From contig OZ024762.1 in the NCBI GenBank assembly GCA_964016885.1, positions 8,184,001 to 8,248,000 on the forward strand: DNA of 64,000 bases, written 5' to 3'. Below the pieces are notes generated by a model. The model saw only the letters and a program-made list of their open reading frames with translations, was not told the DNA's origin and did no database searches. How positions within the stretch are numbered: position 1 is the stretch's first letter; every line of letters starts with the position of its first letter. Made by a program: the position numbers and the translations under genes. Below are positions 1 to 11,789 of this stretch, piece after piece. This DNA comes from Eledone cirrhosa. Taxonomy: Eukaryota.

Positions 1-152
1 GTCCTATCATCTCATTTCTACAGCTGAGTAAACTGGAGCAATGTGAAATAAAGTATCTTGCTCAAGGAAACAACACATCACCCGGTCTGAGAATTGAACT
101 CACAACCTTTCGATTGCAAGGCCAATGCTCTAACCACTAAGCCATGTGCCTC
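1..152 (-). mobile_element. tRNA-derived CORE-SINE (family A), 5' part, cut by window edge
   Basis: Reverse complement gives GGCACATGGCTTAGTGG (A box), GAGTTCAATTC (B box) and a CORE-like ttccttgagcaaga..ctttatttcacattgctccagtttactcagctg. Confidence 0.85.
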
Positions 153-206
153 CACTATTGTAATACACTCTTGCTTCGTCTCGATCAGAGCCAACATTGT
201 TTATTC

Positions 207-243
<37 letters not shown>

Positions 244-365
244 CGTTTTTCTTTTATATTCTATTATAATATACAGCTCGGAAATATCTCTTTCTTAGAG
301 CTATTTTATTGTAAGAGACTATTTTGAGTTCCTAACTCAATATATACCTTTGATATATACCTTTG

Positions 366-396
<31 letters not shown>

Positions 397-603
397 AGTC
401 GTTTGGAAGCCTCGACACTGCAAATGGGTAAATCTCCGGGTAACAGGGTCCGGTGGAGGAGAGAGAGATATGTAAGTGGGTGTACGTTGAGATGCGTGGT
501 GTGTATAAGATGTGTGAGATGTGTAGAATGAAGGGAAGAGTGAAAGGGTAAAAATAATAATAACAACACAGGAGAGAGAGTTACCTTGGGAGAGATTTAA
601 TAG

Positions 604-640
604 TCCCTATATATTTCGGATTCACATCCATCAACTGGGG
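604..640 (-). ncRNA. Decayed HHR-like motif in the TA-flanked element 392-650
   Basis: ccc CAGUUGA u GGAU guga AUCC GAAA UAUA UA ggga, then ATTAAA. Confidence 0.4.
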
Positions 641-648
641 GTTTTTTC

Positions 649-680
<32 letters not shown>

Positions 681-832
681 CAATATCGGAGAAAGCTTTT
701 TAGCGATACTCCGGCCAAATTCCAACTCACTCAACAAACATTAGGAAATAAGTGATTATATTCCCAATTATGCGTTCGGGGTGCTAACTAAAAGTATTGC
801 GTGGAAAATAGGCTGTATTATTTCATATGAGA

Positions 833-1268
833 CATCATCATCATCATCAACGTTTAACGTCCGTGTTCCACGCTTGCATGGGTTTGGACGGGGGTTTTCC
901 CACTTGAGGCAAGAGTGATTGTCTTGCTCGCATAGGACTGTCTGGCAGGTTTTCTACAGTTGGATGCCCTTCCTAACACCAACCACATTTACAGTGTGGG
1001 TCTGGGAGGTTTTTACCGTGTTGCCTACACGGCCACATTACAGCGTGGACTGTGTGTTTTTTTGTCGCGACACCTACACGATTCGAATATATATATATAT
1101 GTAAACGTGGTTGGTGTTAGGAAGGGCATCCAGCCGTAGAAAACCCGCCAGACAGTCCTATACGAGCAGGACAACCAATCTTGCCTCAAGTGGGAAAACT
1201 CCTGTCTAAACCCATGCAAGCGTGGAAGATGGACGTTAAACGATGATGATGATGATGATGATGATGAT
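833..1268. mobile_element. Two RTE-type 3'-tail fragments in inverted orientation (833-1085 minus, 1100-1268 plus)
   Basis: (CAT)n-aacgtcc-cgcttgcatgggttt...gcccttcctaacaccaacc on the left, mirrored on the right. Confidence 0.8.
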
Positions 1269-1364
1269 ATATATATATGTAAAAGGTAAACAGAAATAAC
1301 AACACAATCGGTACAGTATATGGACGGAATATATTAGGTTAATGCTTGAAATATCAGGAAGAGG

Positions 1365-1399
1365 GTCTTACATTTCGGATGCTAGTCCTTCATCAGAAG
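1365..1399 (-). ncRNA. HHR family A, partly decayed, in an element starting at about 1279
   Basis: cuu CUGAUGA aGGAC uagc AUCC GAAA UGUA aga; flanks homologous to 9595-9770. Confidence 0.55.
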
Positions 1400-2214
1400 A
1401 AAGAATGAGAAATAAGATAGATTAAAGGGAATGGCAGGGTGGAATTGGAAAAGACGGGTGAGAGGAAGGTGGTTTCAGGAGTGGAATGGGCTCCGCCAAG
1501 CTTAAAATGCTGAAGAAACGCTGAATATCAAAATGGCACCCTTAACACTCCATTAGAAGTTACGGGACCATACCACAAATTATGGTGGTGTGGGGGTGAT
1601 GGCGGTGGTGGGTAGTGATGGTGGTGGTGTAGTGATGGTGGCTTTGGGGGGAGTGATGGTGATGGTGGTGGAGGTGGTATTGTCGGAGGTGGTGGTGTGG
1701 AATAGTAATAGGGGTAGTGATGGTGGTGGGGTGGTGGTTGTGGTGATGGTGGAGGGGTGGTGGTAGTGGTGATGGTGGCAATGGTGATAGTGATAACGGT
1801 GGTAGAGGTGTGAGGGGTTAGTGATGGCGATGGTGGTAGTGACGTCACACCAGATGTAGTATTACACAGCTATCTAAGTGGTGCTTCTCCCCCCCCTCTC
1901 TATCGCCCTCAGTCATTCTACCGCCCGCCCCCCTCTCACCCTGTCATTCTCTCCCCCTCTCTCTCTCTCACCTCTCTCTCACCCTGTCATTCTCTCCCTT
2001 CCCCCTCTCTCACCCGCTCTCATTCTCTCCCTCTCTCACCCTCAGTCATTCTCTCCCTCTCTCTCTCACCCCCTCTCTCTCTGCCCCTCTCTCACTCTCT
2101 GTCATAATATTGATGCTGCTAATGTAGACACCCCCCACCACTTTATGGCAGATTAAGCCTCCTTTACTATTTTTAATAACTACTGCTGTTACAATATATT
2201 GATGGACACTTATA

Positions 2215-2224
2215 CATATTATAT

Positions 2225-2257
<33 letters not shown>

Positions 2258-2378
2258 CACACACATATATATATACACACACACACACATATATATATAA
2301 ATATATACACACACAAACACACACACACATATATATATATATACACACACACATATATATAAATATATACACACACAA

Positions 2379-2425
<47 letters not shown>

Positions 2426-2470
2426 TATATATATATATACACCCACACACACACACACACATATATATAT

Positions 2471-2553
<83 letters not shown>

Positions 2554-2564
2554 TATATATATAT

Positions 2565-2625
<61 letters not shown>

Positions 2626-2634
2626 CACACACAA

Positions 2635-2667
<33 letters not shown>

Positions 2668-2720
2668 CACACACACACACATATATATACACCCACACAC
2701 ACACACACACATATATATAT

Positions 2721-2771
<51 letters not shown>

Positions 2772-2782
2772 TATATATATAT

Positions 2783-2855
<73 letters not shown>

Positions 2856-2856
2856 A

Positions 2857-2895
<39 letters not shown>

Positions 2896-2925
2896 CACAT
2901 ACACACACACATATACATACATATA
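2215..2925. repeat. Compound (TA)n(CA)n microsatellite
   Basis: Direct observation. Confidence 0.95.
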
Positions 2926-3007
2926 TGGCATCACAACAGGATGGTAATAACAACAGGATGACCAGCGACATATCCCCACGATTGCATAACTGCACCTATG
3001 ATTGCAT

Positions 3008-3072
3008 GAGCATCTGATGAAGTCACATGCATAACCATGTAACAGAAATATATATCATTATCATGCAATAAA
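3008..3072 (+). ncRNA. HHR-like motif (family D) in the TA-flanked element 2925-3115
   Basis: CUGAUGA a GUcACAUG cauaac CAUGUaAC a GAAA UAUA UA ... AATAAA; proximal stem I is poor. Confidence 0.5.
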
Positions 3073-3136
3073 GCAATTATGCTGAGGTAAACCTGCCTTA
3101 ACTACTTTTAATTGATATATATATATATATATAATA

Positions 3137-3385
3137 ATTGTTTCTACTTTTGGCACAAGGCCACCAATTATCCCAGTGTATTACTGGTACTTTATTTTAT
3201 CGACCCCGTAAGGATGAAAGGCAAAGTTAACCTCGGCGGGATTTGAACTCAGACCGCAAAGGGACATAACTATGCTGCAAAGCATGGCGTTCGACCCTCT
3301 ACCGATACTGCCAAATAATAATAATTGTTTCTACTTTTGGCACAAGGCCAGCAAATACCCAGTGTATTACTGGTACTTTATTATA
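3137..3385 (-). mobile_element. tRNA-SINE family B (octopus-type) plus a duplicated 3' fragment
   Basis: ctggtactttattttatcgaccccgtaaggatgaaaggcaaagttaacctcggcgggatttgaactc (B box on the minus strand); recurs several times in the window. Confidence 0.8.
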
Positions 3386-3433
3386 TATATATATATATAT
3401 TATTATATATATATTATTATATATATATTATTA

Positions 3434-3465
<32 letters not shown>

Positions 3466-3604
3466 AAGGACGATTTGTTATGTCCACATTATGTTTATTG
3501 ATTCATGACACAAGTTTCGCTATTGATCAGCTCAAGGTTTGATCTGTATCGATTTGGCTCGACTGAACCTACAGAAACTGCATGTTACACTCCTTATATA
3601 TATA

Positions 3605-3953
3605 TCATCATCATCATCATCATTTCATTTTACGTCCGCTTTTTCCCTGCTTGCAAGGGTGGGACGGGAACTGATTCTGGCTTGATTTCTACAGCCGGAT
3701 GCCCTTCCTAACACCAACCTCATTTACAGTGAGTGCTGGGTGCTTTTTTGCCGTGGCACCTCCACGACCACTTTGCAGTGGAATGATAGGGAACCCCAGT
3801 CCCTATCATCTCATTTCTACAGCTGAGTAAACTGGAGCAATGTGAAATAAAGTGCCTTGTTCAAGGAAACAACACATCACCCGGTCTGAGAATTGAACTC
3901 ACAACCTTTCGATTGCAAGGCCAATGCTCTAACCACTAAGCCATGTGCCTCCA
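3605..3953 (-). mobile_element. Full-length family A CORE-SINE with RTE-type tail ending in (GAT)n
   Basis: tRNA head with A/B boxes, CORE domain, tail gttggtgttaggaagggcatcc...gcagggaaaaagcggacgtaaaatga(tga)n whose end is shared with the RTE 3' end at 4830-4892. Confidence 0.9.
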
Positions 3954-4489
3954 ATGTATATATACATATAATCCATGCTAGCGTGCAAGATAGACGTTAA
4001 ATGATGATGATGATGATATATATATATAAAGAAAATCAATGTATTTACATATATATATATAAACATATCCATATATATATAGTTCAAGATTAATGAAGAC
4101 AAATAGAGAAATACAATTATACAAAGTCTTAATAGTTTCATGCTTATTGGAAAAGGAAAATGAATGTTTCAATGTATCGGACATTAGTCCTTCGTTAGTT
4201 ACATGTTTGGAGAGTGAAGTATAAAAAAGAGCTTGTCAGGATGGGTGAGGGGAGCATGCAAGTAGTCCCTCCCTCATGCAGAGTTAAGTGCCAAGGTGGA
4301 TGTGGCATGTTGAGGTCTATCATTGACACTGATATTATGTGTGCACAGATGAGGTGCATTTTGTGAATGTGCGTGTTGATGTTTTATTCTGTGTGTGCAT
4401 ACATGTGTGTGTGTAGTGTGTATGCATGTGTATGTGTCGTTTGAGGTTTGTGAGCAATGTATGTGTGGAGGTGCAGCATTTGTGGATGA

Positions 4490-4892
4490 TAAAGTTGGAG
4501 GGAGGAGGCAATGAGAATTGGTATATGGTGGATGTGCAATGCCAATGTGCGTGAATGACCAAGCATAGACGAGTTGAGAAAGAAACTGGGTATAAGAGGG
4601 ATAAGTTGTGCTGTGCAGGAGAGAAAGCTGAGATGGTATGGACATGTGATGCGCATGGAGGATGACCGCTGGGTAAAGAAGTGCCAAGAAATCCCAGTAG
4701 AAGGAAGACGCAGTAGAGGTAGACCACGTAAAACATGGGCGGTGGTGGTGAGAGCAGACCTCAGATTGCTGAATCTCACTGAGGAGATGACGAAGGACCG
4801 TGACAAGTGGAGAGATGCTGTGCTGAATAGGACCTGTCCAACCCTTACAAGCAGGGAAAAGCGGATGTATAATGGTGATGATGATGATGATG
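4490..4892 (+). pseudogene. 5'-truncated RTE-clade LINE: C-terminus of the RT ORF plus 3' tail
   Basis: KLGIRGISCAVQERKLRWYGHVMRMEDDRWVKKC..VEGRRSRGRPRKTW...DRDKWR is the RTE C-terminal signature; ends in (GAT)n. Confidence 0.85.
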
Positions 4893-5216
4893 GAGGATAC
4901 CTGTTGCTGGTAGTGAAGAATGAGATTAGAGGGCAGGAGGTTGTGGAGCTATCATTACCTTTCTTCTGTATTGTAGAGGTCATCACACCATACAACCCCC
5001 AACATGTACCCCCTCCATGCCTGTAAGCCAGTTTGATGACAATGCCATCATAGTGGAGCAGAGGGCGACAAGTTCGGCCCAGGAGATATGGCTCCATTGG
5101 TAGTGTTCATGGAAATCGAACTAATTCACTGTGCTAAAACAGGCATGGACAAAGGTATCTAAGCTGCTGAATTCTTTTATATCTCTTTCTCACTCGCTTT
5201 CCTTACTGTTGTGGTG

Positions 5217-5444
5217 GACACCCCTTTGGGATTAAAGAAATGGACTCAGCGGACTATTATAAATAAGCAACGTGTCTCGTGGTCAGGAGTTCGGTTGAAG
5301 TCTCATTTGAAAGTCTCGTGTTTTGAAGTCGGAAGTTACACCTGAGATAAAATTGTTAGTACCCCCGCATCGTAGAAAATATAACCACTCCAAAGGGTTA
5401 TAAAAGTCCGCCGAGTTCATTTCTTTAATCCCAAAGGAGTGTTC
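5217..5444. mobile_element. MITE with about 45-bp TIRs
   Basis: acacccctttgggattaaagaaatggactcagcggactattataa / ttataaaagtccgccgagttcatttctttaatcccaaaggagtgt. Confidence 0.75.
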
Positions 5445-5934
5445 AAAACAACACTTACTCTGGAAAAAACTGGCTGTATTCACATCGGGAGAGTTGATGT
5501 GTTCTGCCACGATAAAACAAAACACTCAAGGTTAGCTATGGACAGTTTTGAATAAACATCATTGTGTTTAAGGTAAGTACATATGACCTTAATTGCTAAA
5601 AAGGTTAACTGACAATTGTTCATAATTCTTGACAATGCCCCTACAACTCTATCAGGAGTTACAGGTCCATACATATATATATATATATCCAGGGGGTGTA
5701 ACTTGGAGTTACTGCAGGTTCACCCGGGAGATCACTCGATGTTTAGGTTCACTTCTGTGATGAGGTGTAGAGCTATACAGAGTGTAATATATTATATATA
5801 TATATATATATGTAGGAGGTGAGTTTTATTGTAGTACAATAAAGCAATGCAGATATCGGATAAGAAGCATTCTATATGTTGATTTAAAACTGCACTATTC
5901 ACAAGTGTTCTTTAACCTTCATATCATGTCTTCC

Positions 5935-6005
5935 TATTTTATCTGATGAAAACACAAATGTTATTGCATGATAATATTTGTTTTTGAAATGCGCATAATA
6001 AAATA
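5935..6005 (+). ncRNA. HHR family B (long stem II, palindromic stem III AUGCGCAU)
   Basis: uauuuuau CUGAUGA aaacacaaauguuau-ugcaug-auaauauuuguuuuu GAAA UGCGCA UA auaaaaua: 8-bp stem I, AUA site. Confidence 0.75.
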
Positions 6006-6044
6006 CATGGAACTCTTTTAACCATCTTTTGATATTATATATTA

Positions 6045-6254
6045 TGTAATGTGGCCGTGTAGGCAACACGGTAAAAACCTCCCAGACCCACACTGTAAAT
6101 GTGGTTGGTGTTAGGAAGGGCATCCAACTGTAGAAAACCTGCCAGACAGTCCTATGCGAGCAAGACAATCACTCTTGCCTCAAGTGGGACTACCCCCGTC
6201 CAAACCCATGCAAGCATGGAACACGGACGTTAAACGTTGATGATGATGATGATG

Positions 6255-6257
<3 letters not shown>
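6045..6257 (+). mobile_element. RTE-type 3'-tail fragment
   Basis: Near-exact reverse complement of 833-1040; (GAT)n end. Confidence 0.8.
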
Positions 6258-6323
<66 letters not shown>

Positions 6324-6516
6324 TTCATATATATTATTATTTGTCTGACCCGAATTTTCTTGGTCGTTTTTTCGGCTGTGCATTATCTCAGTGTGTTGGT
6401 ATTTAAACGTTAGTTATAGCTCTGGTTTATCCAAACTATTGAGCACTTTGCCACACTTTTCGAAGATTGTGTTTCGTTATTTCGTGGGCCGAGATTCCGA
6501 TTCTCGATAATTTATT

Positions 6517-6568
<52 letters not shown>

Positions 6569-7477
6569 TATACAGTGTGTTTGCATTTTATGTGAAGATG
6601 TGATCATGAATGCATCGCGTAAATCAAATTCACGTAACTTAAGTCTAATTTTCTGATAAATAAAAAAACTAAAAACCACACATGTTATAGTACATTATTC
6701 ATGGAAAGTGAATATTTAATAATATTTTTTTGAAGAGGCGAACAACATTACTAGAGGTTTCCATTGTTATAGGTTTGACAAGAAATCAGTCCAATTCATG
6801 GGGTTAACCCCTGTAGGTGGCCAACAAAATAATTCGGGGACCCAGAACACTAGAAGTCTCCACCATTATAGGTTTGACAAGAAACCAGTCCATTTTTCAT
6901 AGGGCTAACCCTTTTAGGTGGCCAACTCTGTCCTGATAGCAGAGAATAGGGAGCTGGTTCAGGGAACAACATTACTAGAATTTGCCAACATTACTATAGG
7001 TTCAACAACAAAAATGTTTGAGGTATCATAGAACCAAGGTTGATTCCAGTCCTGGACTTACCCATAAGCTATAGCTTAGGGCCCCACACCCTTGTTTGTA
7101 GTACCATAGAACCAAGGTTGGTTCCAATGTTGGACTAACCCATAAGCTAAATAAACTATAGCTTAGGACCACACACACTTGGGGTCTCATTTAAAAAAAA
7201 ATTATTTCTATTTTATCATGTTTTTGTTCTTTAACACTAAACCATCAAACATTATATATATATACCATATATACTCAAGTAATAGTCGATCCCATGTAAC
7301 AGTCAACTCCCTCCCCCCTCCATTTTTGGGCTCAAAATCTGGAATTTTCCATTGACCTCATATAAAAGTCAACCCTAGTATTTCATGGATAACAGGTCAA
7401 CATTTGTAGGCCTCAGTATCCTGTAGATAGAAATAACACTATTTCAAAATCATCATGAATTTAAGGCAAATTTCATG

Positions 7478-7728
7478 AGGCCAGTGCTTATCCCAGTTTC
7501 TGTGGCATTAAGCGAGTGAAAGTACTAGACTAGCCCTGGACAGGATGCCAGTCCATCACAGGGTTAAACCCTCAACTACTGTTGATACTCATTTTCAGCT
7601 GAGAATACTGGAGCAACATGAAATAAAGTGTTTTGCTCAAGAACACAACAAATGACCCAGTCCAGGAATCAAGCCTATTACATTATGATCGTAAATGCAA
7701 CACCCTTACCACTAGGCCACGCACCTTC
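7478..7728 (-). mobile_element. Diverged CORE-SINE (same subfamily as 35900-36185)
   Basis: ctgagaatactggagcaacatgaaataaagtgttttgctcaagaacacaac CORE remnant plus a decayed tRNA head. Confidence 0.7.
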
Positions 7729-7759
7729 ACATATGTTATGGTGGGATTGTATTATTTTG

Positions 7760-7880
7760 TCCAGTCTGAGTTCAAATCCCGCCGAGCTTAACTTTGCCTT
7801 TCATCCTTACGGGGTTGATAAAATAAAGTACCAGTAATGTACTGGGTCTAATTTTCCGTGTGCCAAAAGTAGAAACAATT
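7760..7880 (+). mobile_element. SINE family B fragment
   Basis: gagttcaaatcccgccgagcttaactttgcctttcatccttacgggg. Confidence 0.75.
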
Positions 7881-8249
7881 ATCTTGTCGAGGTCATGACA
7901 TGTCTTTTCAAAAATGTTTAGGCAGTTAATTTGAGGAAGATTCCTGGCTGCTATTTCTAACAAGTTAAATGACTACGCAGAGAGTCCAGTCGCCCAGCCC
8001 ACCCCAGTTGCTTGCTTTTGGTGATATTTGGTGTTAGTGGATGTTATCAACAAGGTCAGTTATGAACAGTTTGAATAAACATCATTGTGTTTATGGTGAG
8101 TACATACGGCCTTGATTACTAAAAGGTTAACCCTTAAACTGACAGTTGTTGATAATTCTTGACACTTTAAATACGCGGCTGCTCTTATGGAAGTCTGAAA
8201 ACAACAAATGTGAAAGCTTGGATGGACTTCTCAAGATTGTTCATGCCTC

Positions 8250-8880
8250 ATTAAATATCATTGTTCATGTGGGAGGACAAATGAACAACTAAGCATGGAT
8301 GAACTGACAGAAAAATGCTGGGTGTCAGAAGAATCAGATGTTATGTGCAAGAGAGGTGACTGCACTGGTATGGACATGTGATGTGTATGGATGATGATTT
8401 CTGAGTGAAGAAGTGCCAAGAGATCCCTGTGGAAGTAAGCTGCAGTAGAGGAAGACCAAGGAAGACATGGGCAGAGTTTGTGAGAGATGACTGCACTGGT
8501 ATGGATATGTAATGTGTATGGATGATGAGTTCTGAGTGAAGAAGTGCCAAGAGATCCCTGTGGAAGTAAGCTGCAGTAGAGGAAGACCGAGGAAGACATG
8601 GGTAGAGTTTGTGAGAGATGACTGCACTGGTATGGATATGTAATGTGTATGGATGATGAGTTCTGAGTGAAGAAGTGCCAAGAGATCCCTGTGGAAGTAA
8701 GCTGCAGTAGAGGAAGACCAAGGAAGACATGGGGAGAGTTTGTGAGAGATGACTGCACTGGTATGGATATGTGATGTGTATGGATGATGAGTTCTGAGTG
8801 AAGAAGTGCCAAGAGATTCCAGTGGAAGTAAGCTGCAGTAGAGGAAGACCAAGGAAGACATGGGGAGAGTTTGTGAGAGT
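8250..8880 (+). repeat. Decayed RTE fragment containing four tandem 131-bp copies of the RT C-terminal region
   Basis: gactgcactgg recurs at 8358, 8489, 8620 and 8751; the unit is homologous to roughly 4620-4750. Confidence 0.85.
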
Positions 8881-9535
8881 TAATGTAGTATGCAAGGGAG
8901 TTGACTGTGCTGGTATGGTGCTGGTGATTTTTGAGTAAACAAGTGCCAAGAGATTCCAGTCATTTGTCATTTTAGTAATCCATAATATTGAAACAAATTC
9001 CATTGATTTTTGAAGGGGTGGGTGTCGGATGAGAAAAATATTATCCAATTTGACATGGGATTAATTACCTATATATATATTCATATATACATTTATATAT
9101 ATGTTATGTGTTAAGGTGCAAGTTAATTGCATCCGTAGGCAGTACACCAAGTGAGCACTTGATGCTCTTGGAGAGCAGAGTATCAATAGTATTAATATAT
9201 TTTCGGAAAATATTCAGACAGTCTCAAATGCGAGCCTCCATATTAAGACATATCTGAAGAACTTCCGATTCTAGAGTCAGGTTCGACCATTAATAGATCA
9301 TTCCTCGAGCTGATCGACAGTGAAACGTGTAATATGTAATAAATATGTATATGATGCAAGACTGATTCTTTGTTCCTTTATATATTAATACTACATTTAC
9401 ATATATTTACACACATATATATATATATATATACACATCTATGTGTCTACTCTGGGAGTTTATTTAACATTACCTAAAGAGTACGCTGAGATGCAACTGG
9501 TCCTTGCAGTGAAACCTATGCTAGTTCCATCAACT

Positions 9536-9598
<63 letters not shown>

Positions 9599-9681
9599 AA
9601 ATGTAAACAGAAATAACAACACAATCGGTACAGTATATGGAAGGGATATATTAGGTTAACGCTTGATAGAGCAGGAAGAGG

Positions 9682-9717
9682 GTCTTAACGTTTCGGATGC
9701 TAGCCCTTCATCAGAAG
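9682..9717 (-). ncRNA. HHR family A, in a TA-flanked element starting at about 9595
   Basis: ucuu CUGAUGA aGGGC uagc AUCC GAAA CG UU aaga. Confidence 0.65.
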
Positions 9718-10112
9718 AAAGAATGAGAAATAAGGTAGATTGAGGGGACTGGCGGGATGGAAGTGGAAAAAATGTCTTTAGATAAAAATAACAGGTCCAT
9801 TTATGTTGACATCTCTTATTCGATTTGTGCTATTTATGCAATTTTTTGCATGATTTACACATACTGAATTCATTTGCCAAAATCTGGGATTTTTCCCCTG
9901 TGAGTTACATATGTGCTTTTACAAAACACTGTATCATCCACAACACTGGCGCTGAACAAAATACCTGTTGATAATGTGATATTCCTTGTTCGATCATTAT
10001 ACCAAAAGCTTATAGTTTTAAGCAGACAGTATTATTGATTTAGGTGTCGCAGAAACCCTGTACTGGATTTTACCATCAATTCCAAGGGTCCAGGTTTGTT
10101 ATATATATATAT

Positions 10113-10385
10113 ATCATCATCATCATCATCACCGTTTTACGTCCGTTCTTCCACGCTAGCATGGGTTAGACGGGTTGTCCTGTTGTGGGCAGTTGTCTGG
10201 TCGGCTGACCATGCCTTGCTCATACAGGAACTGATCTGGCTTGATTTCTACAGCTGGATGCCCTTCCTAACACCAACCTCATTTACAGTGAGTGCTGGGT
10301 GCTTTTTCGTGGCGCCTACACGTCCACTTTACAGTGTGGGCTGGGTGCTTTTTTGCCGTGGCACCTCCACGACCACCTTGCGGTG
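10113..10385 (-). mobile_element. RTE/SINE 3'-tail fragment followed by a poly-G run
   Basis: Reverse complement of 45290-45490, extended further. Confidence 0.75.
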
Positions 10386-10684
10386 GGGGGGGGGGGGGGG
10401 GGGGGGGGGGCATATTGTTTATATGCTTCAGCATGTACCCATGGGAGGTCGGGTACCCCATATATATGATTATGTCATTTATTTTGTCTGACCTGTTTAG
10501 CTTGACTTGTTTTTTGGCTTAGGTGGTTTATGACTTCTTGACCGCCTTCTCAGTTTGTATGGCCTTTATAACCTATGTTTATTGCTCTGGTTTTTTAGCC
10601 CATGGAGCGCTTGCCAGCATGACTCGGAATTTGCATTACATTTCGCTTTTTCTACCCGCCGAAATGCGATTCTCACTGAATTTC

Positions 10685-10728
<44 letters not shown>

Positions 10729-10865
10729 TATTAGAAAGTGAGGTTTTTTTACAAAATGAAAAATAACCGAGGTGTCCTACACGAGTGAAAGTATAAAGAA
10801 AAAAAGATGAAATCGAAAATGCAACTGGAGTCTTATTTAAAAAAATATATATATATTTATTTGGT

Positions 10866-10906
10866 TCCTTTACCGGTTTCGCAGTTCTTCTGCTTTTCTC
10901 ACAGTA
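10866..10906 (-). ncRNA. HHR-like motif with a non-canonical left core
   Basis: cugugagaaaa GCAG aagaa CUGC GAAA CCGG UA ... AATAAA; palindromic stem III. Confidence 0.4.
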
Positions 10907-10936
10907 GAGTTGAGATGGAGGGTCTGTGGTTTTTCT

Positions 10937-10995
<59 letters not shown>

Positions 10996-11128
10996 CAATT
11001 AGTTATCGCTCTACATGGCTGAATACAATAAATGTAATCTGAGTTTTTCGAATATTAATAATAATATTTGATTCGTTTGCAATTATGCAAACAGCCTCTT
11101 TTATAAGCCATGTCAGTAGAATGAGCCC

Positions 11129-11168
<40 letters not shown>

Positions 11169-11789
11169 ATTATTATATTATTATATATATATATATTTTT
11201 TTTTTTAATTGATCAACAAGATCCCAGACCTCACTTACTGATTGGGGTGGAACTTGACAAATCGGACCAGGGAAACAATGTTTCCATTGACGATACTATC
11301 TATCGGTTACAATTCCTCCCTGTGTGTGTGTGTTGTTTGTTTATGTCCTGTAATTTAGCGGTTTGACAATCAGAGATCAATAAAATAAGTGCCAAACTTG
11401 AAAAAAAAAAATTATTACTGGGGTCGATATTATCGGCCAATTCCTTAATGACGGTGCCCCAGTATGGCCTCAATGTACAACAAGAATAATAGAATATATA
11501 TTATATAACACTCACACAACACACCTATGTGTGTGTGTGTGTGTGTACGATTGTTACCTTCAAACGTGAATATATATGCCTATAGCAGAGAGATGAGGGG
11601 TGGGTAGGAGAGAGAGAAGGGGGAGAGTTGAAAGAGGAAAGTGTATGAGAGAGAGAGAGAGGGGGAGTAAGAGAGGCAGACAGACACAACTTCCTTCTCC
11701 CACTACTACTATATTACTGACATCACTGCCACCCCCACCACCACCACCACCACCACGACAGTACAGACATTACCGCCGCCTCCACCACC

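Noticed and set aside
2046-2995. Long YI/CV ORFs (also around 30.6, 50.3, 54.2 and 56 kb)
   Set aside because: Translations of dinucleotide microsatellites
7263-7430. Tc2/pogo-type MITE end (also 36757-36840)
   Set aside because: Only one decayed terminus seen at each site, with no partner TIR
10385-10410. Poly-G run as a functional G-quadruplex
   Set aside because: Homopolymer at a repeat junction; length unreliable and no other support
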